Positions 47,182-55,745 of a stretch of DNA of 64,000 nt are shown here, piece after piece. The notes under the pieces are model-generated. The model saw only the letters and a program-made list of their open reading frames with translations, was not told where the DNA came from and searched no databases. The position numbers and the translations under genes were made by a program. Source of the DNA: Bryobacterales bacterium (GTDB lineage Bacteria; Acidobacteriota; Terriglobia; Bryobacterales; Bryobacteraceae); assembly GCA_963836425.1 (NCBI GenBank), contig CAWIJJ010000007.1, positions 178,851 through 242,850 on the forward strand, read 5' to 3'. The stretch's first letter is position 1. The number at the start of each line of letters is the position of its first letter.

Positions 47182-48435
47182 TTACCGCTCGATGCCGAGC
47201 TGGGCGGAAACCCTGACGAGCGCGGTGATCAGCCGGTCCACATGTTCTTCGGTGTGGGCGGCGGTGACGGAGATGCGCAGCAGGTTCTGGGCGGCGGCGG
47301 GGCGCAGAACCGGGTTGATGTAGATGCCCTCCTCGAGCAGGGTTTTGCAGAGGCGGCAGAGGTCCAGTTCGCGGTCGATGACGACGGGAACGATGGGCGT
47401 TTCGCCGGGGAGCACATTGAAACCGCGGGCGCGCAACTCGTCGCGCAGCACGGAGGAGACGCGCTGGAGGCGATGGCGGCGCTCCGGTTCCTTCTGCATG
47501 ATATGGAGGGCGGCGGAGACGGCGGCCACCGACCCGGCGGGGAGGCTGGCGGAGAAGACGAACGGCCGGGCGGTATGTTTCAGGTACTCGACGACGGCCT
47601 TTTCGGCGGCGATGAAGCCGCCGACCGAGGCGAGCGACTTGCTGAAGGTGCCCATGACGATGTCGATATCATCGAGAACGCCGAGGTGCTCGGCGGCGCC
47701 GGCTCCGGTGGGTCCGAGAACGCCGATGCCGTGGGCTTCGTCCACGTAGACGCGCGCGCCGTAGGGTTTGGAGAGGGCGAGGATGCCGCGAAGGTCGGCG
47801 ATATCGCCTTCCATGCTGAAGACGCCTTCGGAGACGACCAGGATGCGCTCTTCCGGCGGGCAGTTTTCCAGGCAGCGCTCGAAGTGCTCCATATCGTTGT
47901 GGCGGAAGCGCATGGTACGCGCCGGGGAGCGCAGGGCGCCTTCCACCAGGCTGGCATGGAGGTTGTGGTCGCAGATCATGACGTCGCCCTTTTCGGTGAG
48001 GGCCGAGAGGGTGGCGTAGTTGGCCTGAAATCCGGTACCGAATATAATGGCGGCGTCCTTGCGGACGAAAGCGGCCAACTCGGCTTCGAGCTTGACGTGG
48101 AGATCCAGGGTGCCGTTCAGGAGGCGGGAGCCGCTGCAACCGCTGCCGTATTTGCGGGTGGCCTGAGCGGAGGACTCCTTCACTTTGGGATGGGTGATGA
48201 GATCCAGGTAATCGTTGGATCCGAACATCAGGACCTTCCGTTTGCCCATGCGAATCTCGCCTGGGCCACAGCCTTCCCGGTCGCCAAAGACCTCGAAATA
48301 CATGTACAGACCGGCTGCCTGCAGATCACTGGGACGAGTGAAATTACGGCACTTTTCGAATAGGTCGTTCGAAACGTAACCCTTTTTAATTCCTGTGATT
48401 TCGCTACTGGGAACGCGCATGGTCGTCAGTTCCAT
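47182..48435 (-). CDS. spt: serine palmitoyltransferase-like alpha-oxoamine synthase (PLP-dependent)
   Basis: MFGSNDYLDL, SGCSGSRLLNGT, RFRHNDMEHFERCL, SEGVFSMEGDIA, DEAHG. The PLP-lysine block GTFSKSLASVGGF and the block RPFVFSASLP track my recollection of the Sphingomonas Spt sequence (GTFSKSVGTVGGF, RPYIFTASLP, RFRHN) much better than BioF or Kbl. Confidence 0.8.
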   Translation of the reverse strand: MELTTMRVPSSEITGIKKGYVSNDLFEKCRNFTRPSDLQAAGLYMYFEVFGDREGCGPGEIRMGKRKVLMFGSNDYLDLITHPKVKESSAQATRKYGSGCSGSRLLNGTLDLHVKLEAELAAFVRKDAAIIFGTGFQANYATLSALTEKGDVMICDHNLHASLVEGALRSPARTMRFRHNDMEHFERCLENCPPEERILVVSEGVFSMEGDIADLRGILALSKPYGARVYVDEAHGIGVLGPTGAGAAEHLGVLDDIDIVMGTFSKSLASVGGFIAAEKAVVEYLKHTARPFVFSASLPAGSVAAVSAALHIMQKEPERRHRLQRVSSVLRDELRARGFNVLPGETPIVPVVIDRELDLCRLCKTLLEEGIYINPVLRPAAAQNLLRISVTAAHTEEHVDRLITALVRVSAQLGIER

Positions 48436-49541
48436 TCATAGATTCTGTAGTTTTTGTACCGCTGTGCGCCCATTACTTTGATGGAGCGATTCATCAATAC
48501 GTTATCTTCCAGGACCCACGACATCTCGCAATCGCCATAGCCCAGCCTGCGGGCATTTTGAACCAGGTTGGCATAGAACGCGGCCCCCACGCCGGCAGCG
48601 CGGTATTCTTCGACCACGCCTAATGCCAACACCCGTACACGCTTTATCAATCGTTGATAGTACAGGATTTTCAGCAACCCCGTGGGAAATAGTTTGCCCT
48701 CCGCGCGCTTGAGCGCCTGATTAATATCGGGGAGGGCGAGAGCGAAGCCGACCACTTTTCCGTGGATTTCGCCGATGAGCACGAGATCAGGTTTCAGGAT
48801 CTGCTTCATCTCCTTGGCCATGAGGAAAAACTCCTCGCGGGACATGGGGATGAACCCCCAGTTGCGGCTCCACGCCCGGCCGTAAATTTCCCAGACGCAC
48901 TCGACGTCGGCGGCGAACCTCTTCCTGTCGATGGGACGGACGACGAGGGAATGTTTTTCCACAGCGATTTTCGCGACCTGTTCGATTTTCTCGAGGTTGA
49001 TGGTCTGGGCGTTACCGAAGTACGCGACCAGGTCTTTGGCTTTGCGCAGTCCGGCCTGCTCGAGGAGCGCGGCGTAATAGGGCGGGTTGTACGGCATCAT
49101 GACCATGGGCGGCGAGTCAAAACCTTCGACGAGCAGACCGCACTCATAGTTAGTGGACGGATTCACCGGACCGCGGAGGCAGGTTGCGCCGCGCGCGGCA
49201 GTCCACTCGCGGGCGCGGGTGAGAAGGGACGCGGCGACGGCGGGATCGTCTACCGATTCGAAGAATCCGAAAAACCCCGCATTTTCTTCGTGAACGCGGT
49301 TGTGGGTGCGGTCGATGATGGCGGCGATGCGGCCTACGACCTCTCCGTTGCGGCGGGCAAGGAAGAACTCGGCCTCGGCGTTTTGGTAGAACGGGTGCTT
49401 TTCACGGTCGAGCAATTCCCGCACGGCGAGGCGCAGGGGCGGGACCCAGTTGGGGTTGCCGTGATAAAGCCGGTAAGGGAGCTCGACGAAGGCTCTCAGC
49501 CCGCGTTTTCCGCTTATCGCTTCAACTTCAACGCTTTGCAA
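48426..49541 (-). CDS. ~370-aa GNAT-fold acyltransferase (candidate bacterial ceramide synthase)
   Basis: The C-terminal half has the GNAT core ...GKVVGFALALPD...VRVLALGVVEEYRAAGVGAAFYANLVQNARRLGY...WVLEDN. It overlaps spt by 10 nt and the PAP2 gene by 14 nt. The functional call is inferred from context. Confidence 0.55.
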   Translation of the reverse strand: MQSVEVEAISGKRGLRAFVELPYRLYHGNPNWVPPLRLAVRELLDREKHPFYQNAEAEFFLARRNGEVVGRIAAIIDRTHNRVHEENAGFFGFFESVDDPAVAASLLTRAREWTAARGATCLRGPVNPSTNYECGLLVEGFDSPPMVMMPYNPPYYAALLEQAGLRKAKDLVAYFGNAQTINLEKIEQVAKIAVEKHSLVVRPIDRKRFAADVECVWEIYGRAWSRNWGFIPMSREEFFLMAKEMKQILKPDLVLIGEIHGKVVGFALALPDINQALKRAEGKLFPTGLLKILYYQRLIKRVRVLALGVVEEYRAAGVGAAFYANLVQNARRLGYGDCEMSWVLEDNVLMNRSIKVMGAQRYKNYRIYEWN

Positions 49542-50403
49542 GAGCGGAACCCCCTTCGGCCAGAATGCTGTACAGGATAGGTCCAGTCCAAATCAGAAAA
49601 GCCGCGAGGATGGCCCCAGCCATCAGGTCCACCGTGTAGTGATATCGAAGATAAACTGTAGCAAAAATGATGCAAACGGTGTAGACCAAATACGCTTTGA
49701 AAAGGCCTTTCGATACCAGGCGGCTGCCCCAGCAGGCGAGGATGGTGAGCTCGGTGTGGCCGCTCGGAAAGCAGTCGTAGTGGGCGGATTCGAGGCGGTC
49801 GAGGGTGGACTGCATGGCGGCGAACATCCAGTCGCCGCGGAGGGGGATGTGTTGCAGGGAGGCCAGGAGGAAGCGCGGGCCGCGCGCCGGCACAAAGAGG
49901 TAGCCGATGTAGGAGGTCAGGAAGCCGAGGGCAATCAGGAAGGCCATGTACTGGAACGCGGCGAAGTCGCGGCGGCGCCAGATGAGGAAGGGCACGAGGA
50001 GAACGGCGGGGATGAACAGGGTATAGACGATTTGGAGAAACTCGGTAAGGGCGGGGAATTGAATACGTTCCAGCCATACGGTGGGGTGGGCGCCCCAGAT
50101 GCGGTAGTCGAGGTCGGCCAGCCAGCGGTCGGCGCTGCTATGGCGGATGGCGGGGATGAGGACGGCCATTTCCTTGTAACAAGAGGCTACGTAGGGAAGG
50201 GGATACCAGTTCCGGAAGATCCAGGTAGTGGGGTTGGGACGCTTGATCTCGAACAGCGCCAGGGCGGTAGCGGCCAGGTGCACGGCGAGTTGAAGTCCGG
50301 GTTTGGGGAGAGCGGACCACCAGCCAACGATCAGCGAAGAGGCAAAGAGCAGGTAGGCGAGGATGATCTTGTCGACGGGCCAGAAGCGGGTGCCGGCGGG
50401 CAT
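49528..50403 (-). CDS. PAP2-superfamily membrane phosphotransferase of the sphingomyelin-synthase / IPC-synthase type
   Basis: Six-TM protein from the ATG at 50403 (MPAGTRFWPVDKIILAYLLF...). Catalytic motifs HYDCFPSGHTELT and RYHYTVDLMAG match the SMS D3 (S-G-H-T) and D4 (H-Y-T-x-D) signatures. Confidence 0.75.
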   Translation of the reverse strand: MPAGTRFWPVDKIILAYLLFASSLIVGWWSALPKPGLQLAVHLAATALALFEIKRPNPTTWIFRNWYPLPYVASCYKEMAVLIPAIRHSSADRWLADLDYRIWGAHPTVWLERIQFPALTEFLQIVYTLFIPAVLLVPFLIWRRRDFAAFQYMAFLIALGFLTSYIGYLFVPARGPRFLLASLQHIPLRGDWMFAAMQSTLDRLESAHYDCFPSGHTELTILACWGSRLVSKGLFKAYLVYTVCIIFATVYLRYHYTVDLMAGAILAAFLIWTGPILYSILAEGGSALAKR

Positions 50404-50408
50404 TGGTC

Positions 50409-51368
50409 CTAGTAGTTTAGCCAACCGGCCTCCTTGTACCAGGACAGGGTGTGAGCGAGGCCGTCGCCGATGGAAGTAGCGGCGGCGAAGCCGAGGTCGG
50501 CGGCTGCCCTCGACGGATCGCAGGTCCAATGGGGGAAGAGCGCTTCCCGGATTTTGTCCCGGGAAACGATACCGGGGCGGCGGCGCATGCGGGACCAGCA
50601 TTCGGCGGCGAGTCCGGTGGCGAAAGCGAGCGGAACGGGCACGGTGACGGTGCGGGGACGGCGGCCCACGATGGCGGCGGCGGCGGCGCCGAACTCGCTC
50701 CAGGTGAGGGCCTTGGGATGGGACAGGAAATACGCTCCCCGGGCCTGGGGGTGACGCGCACACGTGATGAGTCCGCGGACCAGGTCGTGGACGTAGATGG
50801 CGCTGAACCAGCGGGGTCCGCCGGCGATTTCGACGACGAGCCCGCGGCAGACGGACTGGAGGAGCTGGAAAACGTCGGTATCGCGAGGTCCGTAGACGAC
50901 CGGCGGCCGCACGATGACGGCATCAGGGATAGCTGCGAGGACGGCCTGTTCGCCCTGGAGCTTGGAAATGCCGTAATGGGTGACGGGATTGGGTCCGGCA
51001 TCCTCGCGGAGGGGGGCGCCATCGGGACTGGGACCGATGGCGGCAAGAGAGCTGACGTGGACGAAACGGAGCGGGCGGCCGGCGGCTGCGCGCGCGAGAT
51101 TTTCAGAGGCGGCGGCGTTACCCGTATAGTATTCGGCGGGCGCAAGCGCTTTGGTAGTGCCGGCGAGATGAATCACGGCATCGACGCCTTCGAGGGCCTG
51201 GGGGAGGGAGCGGGGGCTGGACAGGTCGGCCAGGACGACTTCGGCGGCGGAAGGCAGGGCGGTGCGGGCCGGGCGGCGGAGCAGACAGCGGACGCGTTCG
51301 CCGGAGGCGCAGAGGGTTTCGACGAGGTGGCCGCCGATAAAGCCGGTGGCGCCCGTGACCAGAATCAC
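50409..51368 (-). CDS. NAD(P)-dependent epimerase/dehydratase-family (extended SDR) protein (candidate ceramide/3-keto reductase)
   Basis: MILVTGATGFIGGHLV is the Rossmann motif. YGISK is the YxxxK catalytic dyad. The ATG overlaps the upstream gene stop by 4 nt. Confidence 0.8.
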   Translation of the reverse strand: MILVTGATGFIGGHLVETLCASGERVRCLLRRPARTALPSAAEVVLADLSSPRSLPQALEGVDAVIHLAGTTKALAPAEYYTGNAAASENLARAAAGRPLRFVHVSSLAAIGPSPDGAPLREDAGPNPVTHYGISKLQGEQAVLAAIPDAVIVRPPVVYGPRDTDVFQLLQSVCRGLVVEIAGGPRWFSAIYVHDLVRGLITCARHPQARGAYFLSHPKALTWSEFGAAAAAIVGRRPRTVTVPVPLAFATGLAAECWSRMRRRPGIVSRDKIREALFPHWTCDPSRAAADLGFAAATSIGDGLAHTLSWYKEAGWLNY

Positions 51369-51988
51369 TGGGGTGCGTTGCGGAAGGCGACTTCACCGAA
51401 ATAGCTTTCCGCGACGGTCCCGGTATGTTGAGAGTTGACCTGGAGCCGCAGACCTTTCACCCGCGGCGCCGGTTTCCCGTAGGCTTTCTGGTAATCTTCG
51501 GCGACGTTGTGGGATTCGGGAATCCAACGGTTCAGGCCGGCCGGGCCCGACTGACAGACCATGGCAAAGATGCGCACGAACGGAATAGAGCTGGCGTTCT
51601 GGAAGATACCTTGGGGAGCGGTGGAATCCCAGATGTAAGTGAGCACGCGGCGGTCGCTAAAGGCGACCAGGACCTGGGCGGCCTGATCGTCGGTGGCGGC
51701 ACGGCGAAAATCGCCGCCCTCGGGAAGCCGGGTGACCTTCCACTGCCAGTTCAGGAAAGGGGTTTCGGCGGGGTCGATATCGAGGCTGCGTTCCAGGGCG
51801 AAGGAAGCTTTGACACTTTTGAGGTGAAGACAGCCGGGCTCTTCGGAGGTGCAGACGGAAACGCGAGGAGTGCCGCGGTTGACCTTGAGCGCCCAACCGG
51901 AGGGCAGGCGGCCGCTGGGGAGGTTAGCGGCATCGAGCACGATGATGGCCAGTTGCGCCGGACGTGCGGCGGACAGGCACAGGAGCAC
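51365..51988 (-). CDS. DUF3047-like exported protein, first gene of the sphingolipid operon
   Basis: 207-aa ORF (GTG start; the hydrophobic leader may extend further upstream but I see no ATG). Motifs: WALKVNRGTP..., PFLNWQWKV..., DDQAAQVLVAF. The family call is from memory of the DUF3047 pattern. Confidence 0.5.
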   Translation of the reverse strand: MLLCLSAARPAQLAIIVLDAANLPSGRLPSGWALKVNRGTPRVSVCTSEEPGCLHLKSVKASFALERSLDIDPAETPFLNWQWKVTRLPEGGDFRRAATDDQAAQVLVAFSDRRVLTYIWDSTAPQGIFQNASSIPFVRIFAMVCQSGPAGLNRWIPESHNVAEDYQKAYGKPAPRVKGLRLQVNSQHTGTVAESYFGEVAFRNAPQ

Positions 51989-52168
51989 TGTAAAAACGCG
52001 CAGAAGGTTCCTCAGATAACCTCGCAGACCGGCCCGCGGAGACGAGCGCTTCTACATCCAATACTATCGCATCGCTTCGCTTGACGCGGTGAGGAACATT
52101 CCGGTTGCGGGGGCTAGTGGCGGAGGGATGTGGGGAAGGGCGGCCCCTGTTATGATGAGGATTACTTC

Positions 52169-53005
52169 ATGAAGGCATTACTGGAAACGCTCCAGCGCGG
52201 GGACAAGGATTGGGAACTTGTACAGGCCCTGGACCCGGCCCGCCTGCCGAAGCATATCGCCGTGATCATGGACGGCAACGGACGTTGGGCCGGCAGGCGA
52301 CGGCTGCCGCGGGTGGCAGGGCACAAGGCGGGGGTGGTCCCGGTACGGGTAACGGTGGAAACCTGCGCGCGCCTGGGTGTGAAGGTGCTGACGCTTTACG
52401 CCTTCTCGGTAGAGAACTGGAAGCGGCCCCGGCACGAGGTGGAAACGTTGTGGCGGCTGCTTCGCTACTATCTGCGGCAGGAGTTGCCTGAACTGCAAAA
52501 GCACGATGTCCGGCTGCAGGCCATCGGCAGGCTGGACGCGCTGCCGCCGCAGGTACGGCGGGAACTCGATTCGGCAGTGGAAGCGACGTCGGCGAACCGC
52601 GGGCTGCTGGTGAACCTGGCCATCAATTACGGGGGGCGCGCGGAGATCGTGGATGCGGTCAACTCGATTCTGGAGATGGCGCGGCTGGACGGCAGCATTG
52701 CGACGTTGAAGATGGACGAGGACCTGATCGCGACCAGCCTGTACACGGCAGCGTGCCCGGAGCCGGACCTGCTCATCCGGACGTCGGGGGAGATGCGCAT
52801 CAGCAATTTTCTGCTGTGGCAGATTGCGTATGCCGAGTTGTACGTCACCGAAACGCTGTGGCCGGATTTTTCGCGGACCGACCTTCTCGAGGCTTTGCTG
52901 GCGTACCAGAAGCGCGACCGCCGCTATGGCGGGCTGAGCGCCGTTGAACTCGACGGCGGAACGGATTCCGACGCGGATCTGATCGAAGCCCTCCGTTCCT
53001 CATGA
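52169..53005 (+). CDS. uppS: isoprenyl transferase (undecaprenyl-diphosphate synthase)
   Basis: PKHIAVIMDGNGRWA, LTLYAFSVENWKRP, IRTSGEMRISNFLLWQIAYAELY. Start moved to the ATG at 52169. Confidence 0.95.
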   Translation: MKALLETLQRGDKDWELVQALDPARLPKHIAVIMDGNGRWAGRRRLPRVAGHKAGVVPVRVTVETCARLGVKVLTLYAFSVENWKRPRHEVETLWRLLRYYLRQELPELQKHDVRLQAIGRLDALPPQVRRELDSAVEATSANRGLLVNLAINYGGRAEIVDAVNSILEMARLDGSIATLKMDEDLIATSLYTAACPEPDLLIRTSGEMRISNFLLWQIAYAELYVTETLWPDFSRTDLLEALLAYQKRDRRYGGLSAVELDGGTDSDADLIEALRSS

Positions 53006-53775
53006 AGCGGATTCTGACCGCGCTGGCCCTGATCCCTATCGTTGTCTACGTGGTGTTGTGGGCGAACGAGTGGATTTTTCTGGGGGTGGTGGCGCTGGTG
53101 GCGTGCCTGTGTTACCGCGAATACGACGGGATTGCGGGCGCGTACGGATTCGGGCCACCGGGACCGGTGGGATACGGCGCCGGGCTGCTGATCCTCTTTT
53201 GGCAGGGCGATCCATGGCTGCTGCTGGTGCTGCTGGCTCCGCTGGCGCTGGTGCTGGTGATGCGGGCGGAAAACCTGGCGCAGTCGCTGCCGCGGGCGGC
53301 GATGCTGATAGCGGGCGTGGTTTATGTTTACGGCTGCTGGCGCTGTGCGGTCGCGCTGCGGGAAGCGAACCGGCACTGGCTGATGTTCGCGCTGCTGGTG
53401 AACTGGGTGGGGGACATCGGCGCGTACTACGTGGGGCGCACTCTGGGACGGCACAAACTGGCTCCGCGGGTGAGTCCGAACAAGTCGTGGGAAGGTGCGG
53501 CGGGTTCGGTGGCGGCTTCGCTGCTGATTGCGTGGCCGTACCTGCTGCGCTTCATACCCGGGCTCGGCGTGGCTGCGGCGGCGCTGCTGACGGTGGCGTC
53601 GAACGCGACCGGGCAGGTGGGGGACCTGGCGGAATCGGCGATGAAGCGGGGCGCGGGAGTGAAGGACAGCGGCGCCATCCTGCCGGGGCACGGAGGGTTT
53701 CTGGACCGGGTGGACAGCACGCTTTTTGTGCTGCCGGTGCTTTACGCGCTGGTCCGCCTGCTGAATCCGGCGTAG
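53002..53775 (+). CDS. cdsA: phosphatidate cytidylyltransferase
   Basis: SPNKSWEGAAGS and the CdsA signature GDLAESAMKRGAGVKDSGAILPGHGGFLDRVDS. The ATG overlaps the uppS stop. Confidence 0.95.
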   Translation: MKRILTALALIPIVVYVVLWANEWIFLGVVALVACLCYREYDGIAGAYGFGPPGPVGYGAGLLILFWQGDPWLLLVLLAPLALVLVMRAENLAQSLPRAAMLIAGVVYVYGCWRCAVALREANRHWLMFALLVNWVGDIGAYYVGRTLGRHKLAPRVSPNKSWEGAAGSVAASLLIAWPYLLRFIPGLGVAAAALLTVASNATGQVGDLAESAMKRGAGVKDSGAILPGHGGFLDRVDSTLFVLPVLYALVRLLNPA

Positions 53776-55730
53776 GCCGCGGCGAGCAAGCCGGCGAGCG
53801 CGGCGCAACTCAACCAGCGGCAGAGGCGCGATTCCCAGCCGCCGTCATAACGGAGTTCCACAAGGCAAGCGCCGTCGCAGGCGGGCGCGATCCACATCAG
53901 GCCGAGGCCGTCTTTGTGAACGCGGGTGCTGCGGCCGTTGGCTGTGGCTTGCCAGCCGGGATGGTAGTTAACCTGGACGGTCAGGGCCTGGCCGTGCGAC
54001 AGGGGAGTGCGGACAGTGAAAAGATTTCTCCCTTGCCACGAGGATGCGGCCGTTGGAAGCGACGGATCGTCGAGGGCCGCCACGTAGCGCTGCAGATCCG
54101 CGACATCCTCGGGGGTGGCGGGCGGCCTGGACACGAGCGCGGCTTGGGGGACGACGTGGGCGAAGCCGGGTTCACGCAGCGGGACGCGGTAGATGGTGAC
54201 GCCGTCCTCGCTCCACAATGCGGGCAGGAGCCCGTCGAACTTGGCTGGATGGGTGAAGCCTTTCCAATACTCGCGGCTGCCGGGAGAACTCACTCCCACG
54301 GCGCCGGTGCCGAAGGCTTTCAGCCAGAGCAAGGAGTTGCGCGCATCTTCTTCCGCCGTGCCTCCGCCGAATACGATGGCGGCATGGCCGTACTGCTGCA
54401 TCAGGTTGGCGGCCATAGTGAAGGAGCCGCCGCCGTACTGCGAAACATCGGAGAAGGCGTTGGCCCATTGTCCAACCGATCCCGGCAGGTAGACGCGGGT
54501 GCCCGCGAGATGTTCGCCTGTCCAGACGGCGGCGCGGTATTCCACGGTTCGCGTGACGTCAATGGGGAAGGTGAAACTCTTTTCGAAGCGGCGATAGGCG
54601 ACGGTCTGCTCGAAGGCGAGCGCCAGCAGTACCAGCACCAGCGCGCGCCTGGCGACGGCGGGGAAACGGTCCACTACGCTGCGCAGGGCAAAGACGGAAA
54701 GCAGGGCCAGGGCCAGTTCGAACTCGAGCTTGTAGCGGCCGGGCTGCGGGAGAAAGTGGCGGTTACCGAGAGCACCCATGAGGGGAATGCTGCCGGTGAG
54801 CCAGGCAAAGAGGGCGAAGAAGTGCAGGCGGCGGTCCTTGGTCCACCGGGCCAGGTAATGCCAGAGAACCATCCATCCGGCAACTGTGACGGCGAGGGCG
54901 GTGACCGAACCGGGGTTCCAGCCATCGACGTCGCTGTCGGCGGCCATGGTCCGAATGGCGCGGATTAAAGAGGGCGACAGGTAGGGAGACGCCAACGCAT
55001 AGGCCCAGGCGGCGATGGCCGCGGCGAGAGCGAGGTTGCGGCGCCAGTCCACCCGGCCCATGACGAACAGGAGGCACAGGGCAGCCATAGCGGCCTGGAC
55101 CACGCCGAAGACGCTGGCGAGGGCCATGGCGGCGGCGGTGGCGGCTGCGGCGGCGGTGTACGCGATTCGCCGGGTCTCAAGAGCGCGCCACAGGAACAGG
55201 ATCAGCAGGGGCAGCAGGGCGAGAGCGGCGGCGTGCGGGGTATCGTCCCAAACGGAGATGAGGAACAGGCGGCGGGCCTCTCCGATCTTTCCGATTCCGA
55301 AGCCGCCGTCGGGGAGCAGGAGTTGGGTGGGGGAGAGGAGAGAGTAGGCGAGGGCGGCGGCGAAGCTGTAGGCGGGCGAGCCGGACAGTCGCCAGAGGGC
55401 GAAGAAAAGCGCCAGCGGACCGAGCAGGTAGACGAATCCGGAGACGGCGAAGAAGGCCTGGTCGACGGGCAGGCGGAGCAGCGCGGAGTACGCGGCGGTG
55501 GCGGCCGGCACAAGCGGAGAATAGGCGGCTTCGAAGGGGATGCCGGCGTCCCAGAAGGGAAACCATCCACCGCTCCACCACGAGCCCTGCGCCAGGCGCG
55601 CGAGACCGATCCAGGTTCCGTGCATGGCGTTCATGTGTCCGGCGCGGGCCGTGAACAGGTCGCGACAGATGTAGAGATTGACCCACAGGAGCGCGGCGGC
55701 GCAGGCCGCGGGGGCCAGGGCTTTGCGCAT
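53742..55730 (-). CDS. large polytopic membrane protein with C-terminal extracytoplasmic domain (possible GT-C-fold glycosyltransferase)
   Basis: 662 aa. About 11 TM helices in the first 400 residues, then a soluble domain and a terminal TM. It lies directly downstream of the TolC-like gene. The function is not established from sequence alone. Confidence 0.5.
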   Translation of the reverse strand: MRKALAPAACAAALLWVNLYICRDLFTARAGHMNAMHGTWIGLARLAQGSWWSGGWFPFWDAGIPFEAAYSPLVPAATAAYSALLRLPVDQAFFAVSGFVYLLGPLALFFALWRLSGSPAYSFAAALAYSLLSPTQLLLPDGGFGIGKIGEARRLFLISVWDDTPHAAALALLPLLILFLWRALETRRIAYTAAAAATAAAMALASVFGVVQAAMAALCLLFVMGRVDWRRNLALAAAIAAWAYALASPYLSPSLIRAIRTMAADSDVDGWNPGSVTALAVTVAGWMVLWHYLARWTKDRRLHFFALFAWLTGSIPLMGALGNRHFLPQPGRYKLEFELALALLSVFALRSVVDRFPAVARRALVLVLLALAFEQTVAYRRFEKSFTFPIDVTRTVEYRAAVWTGEHLAGTRVYLPGSVGQWANAFSDVSQYGGGSFTMAANLMQQYGHAAIVFGGGTAEEDARNSLLWLKAFGTGAVGVSSPGSREYWKGFTHPAKFDGLLPALWSEDGVTIYRVPLREPGFAHVVPQAALVSRPPATPEDVADLQRYVAALDDPSLPTAASSWQGRNLFTVRTPLSHGQALTVQVNYHPGWQATANGRSTRVHKDGLGLMWIAPACDGACLVELRYDGGWESRLCRWLSCAALAGLLAAAYAGFSRRTSA

Positions 55731-55745
55731 CAGTGCTCCAGCAGA

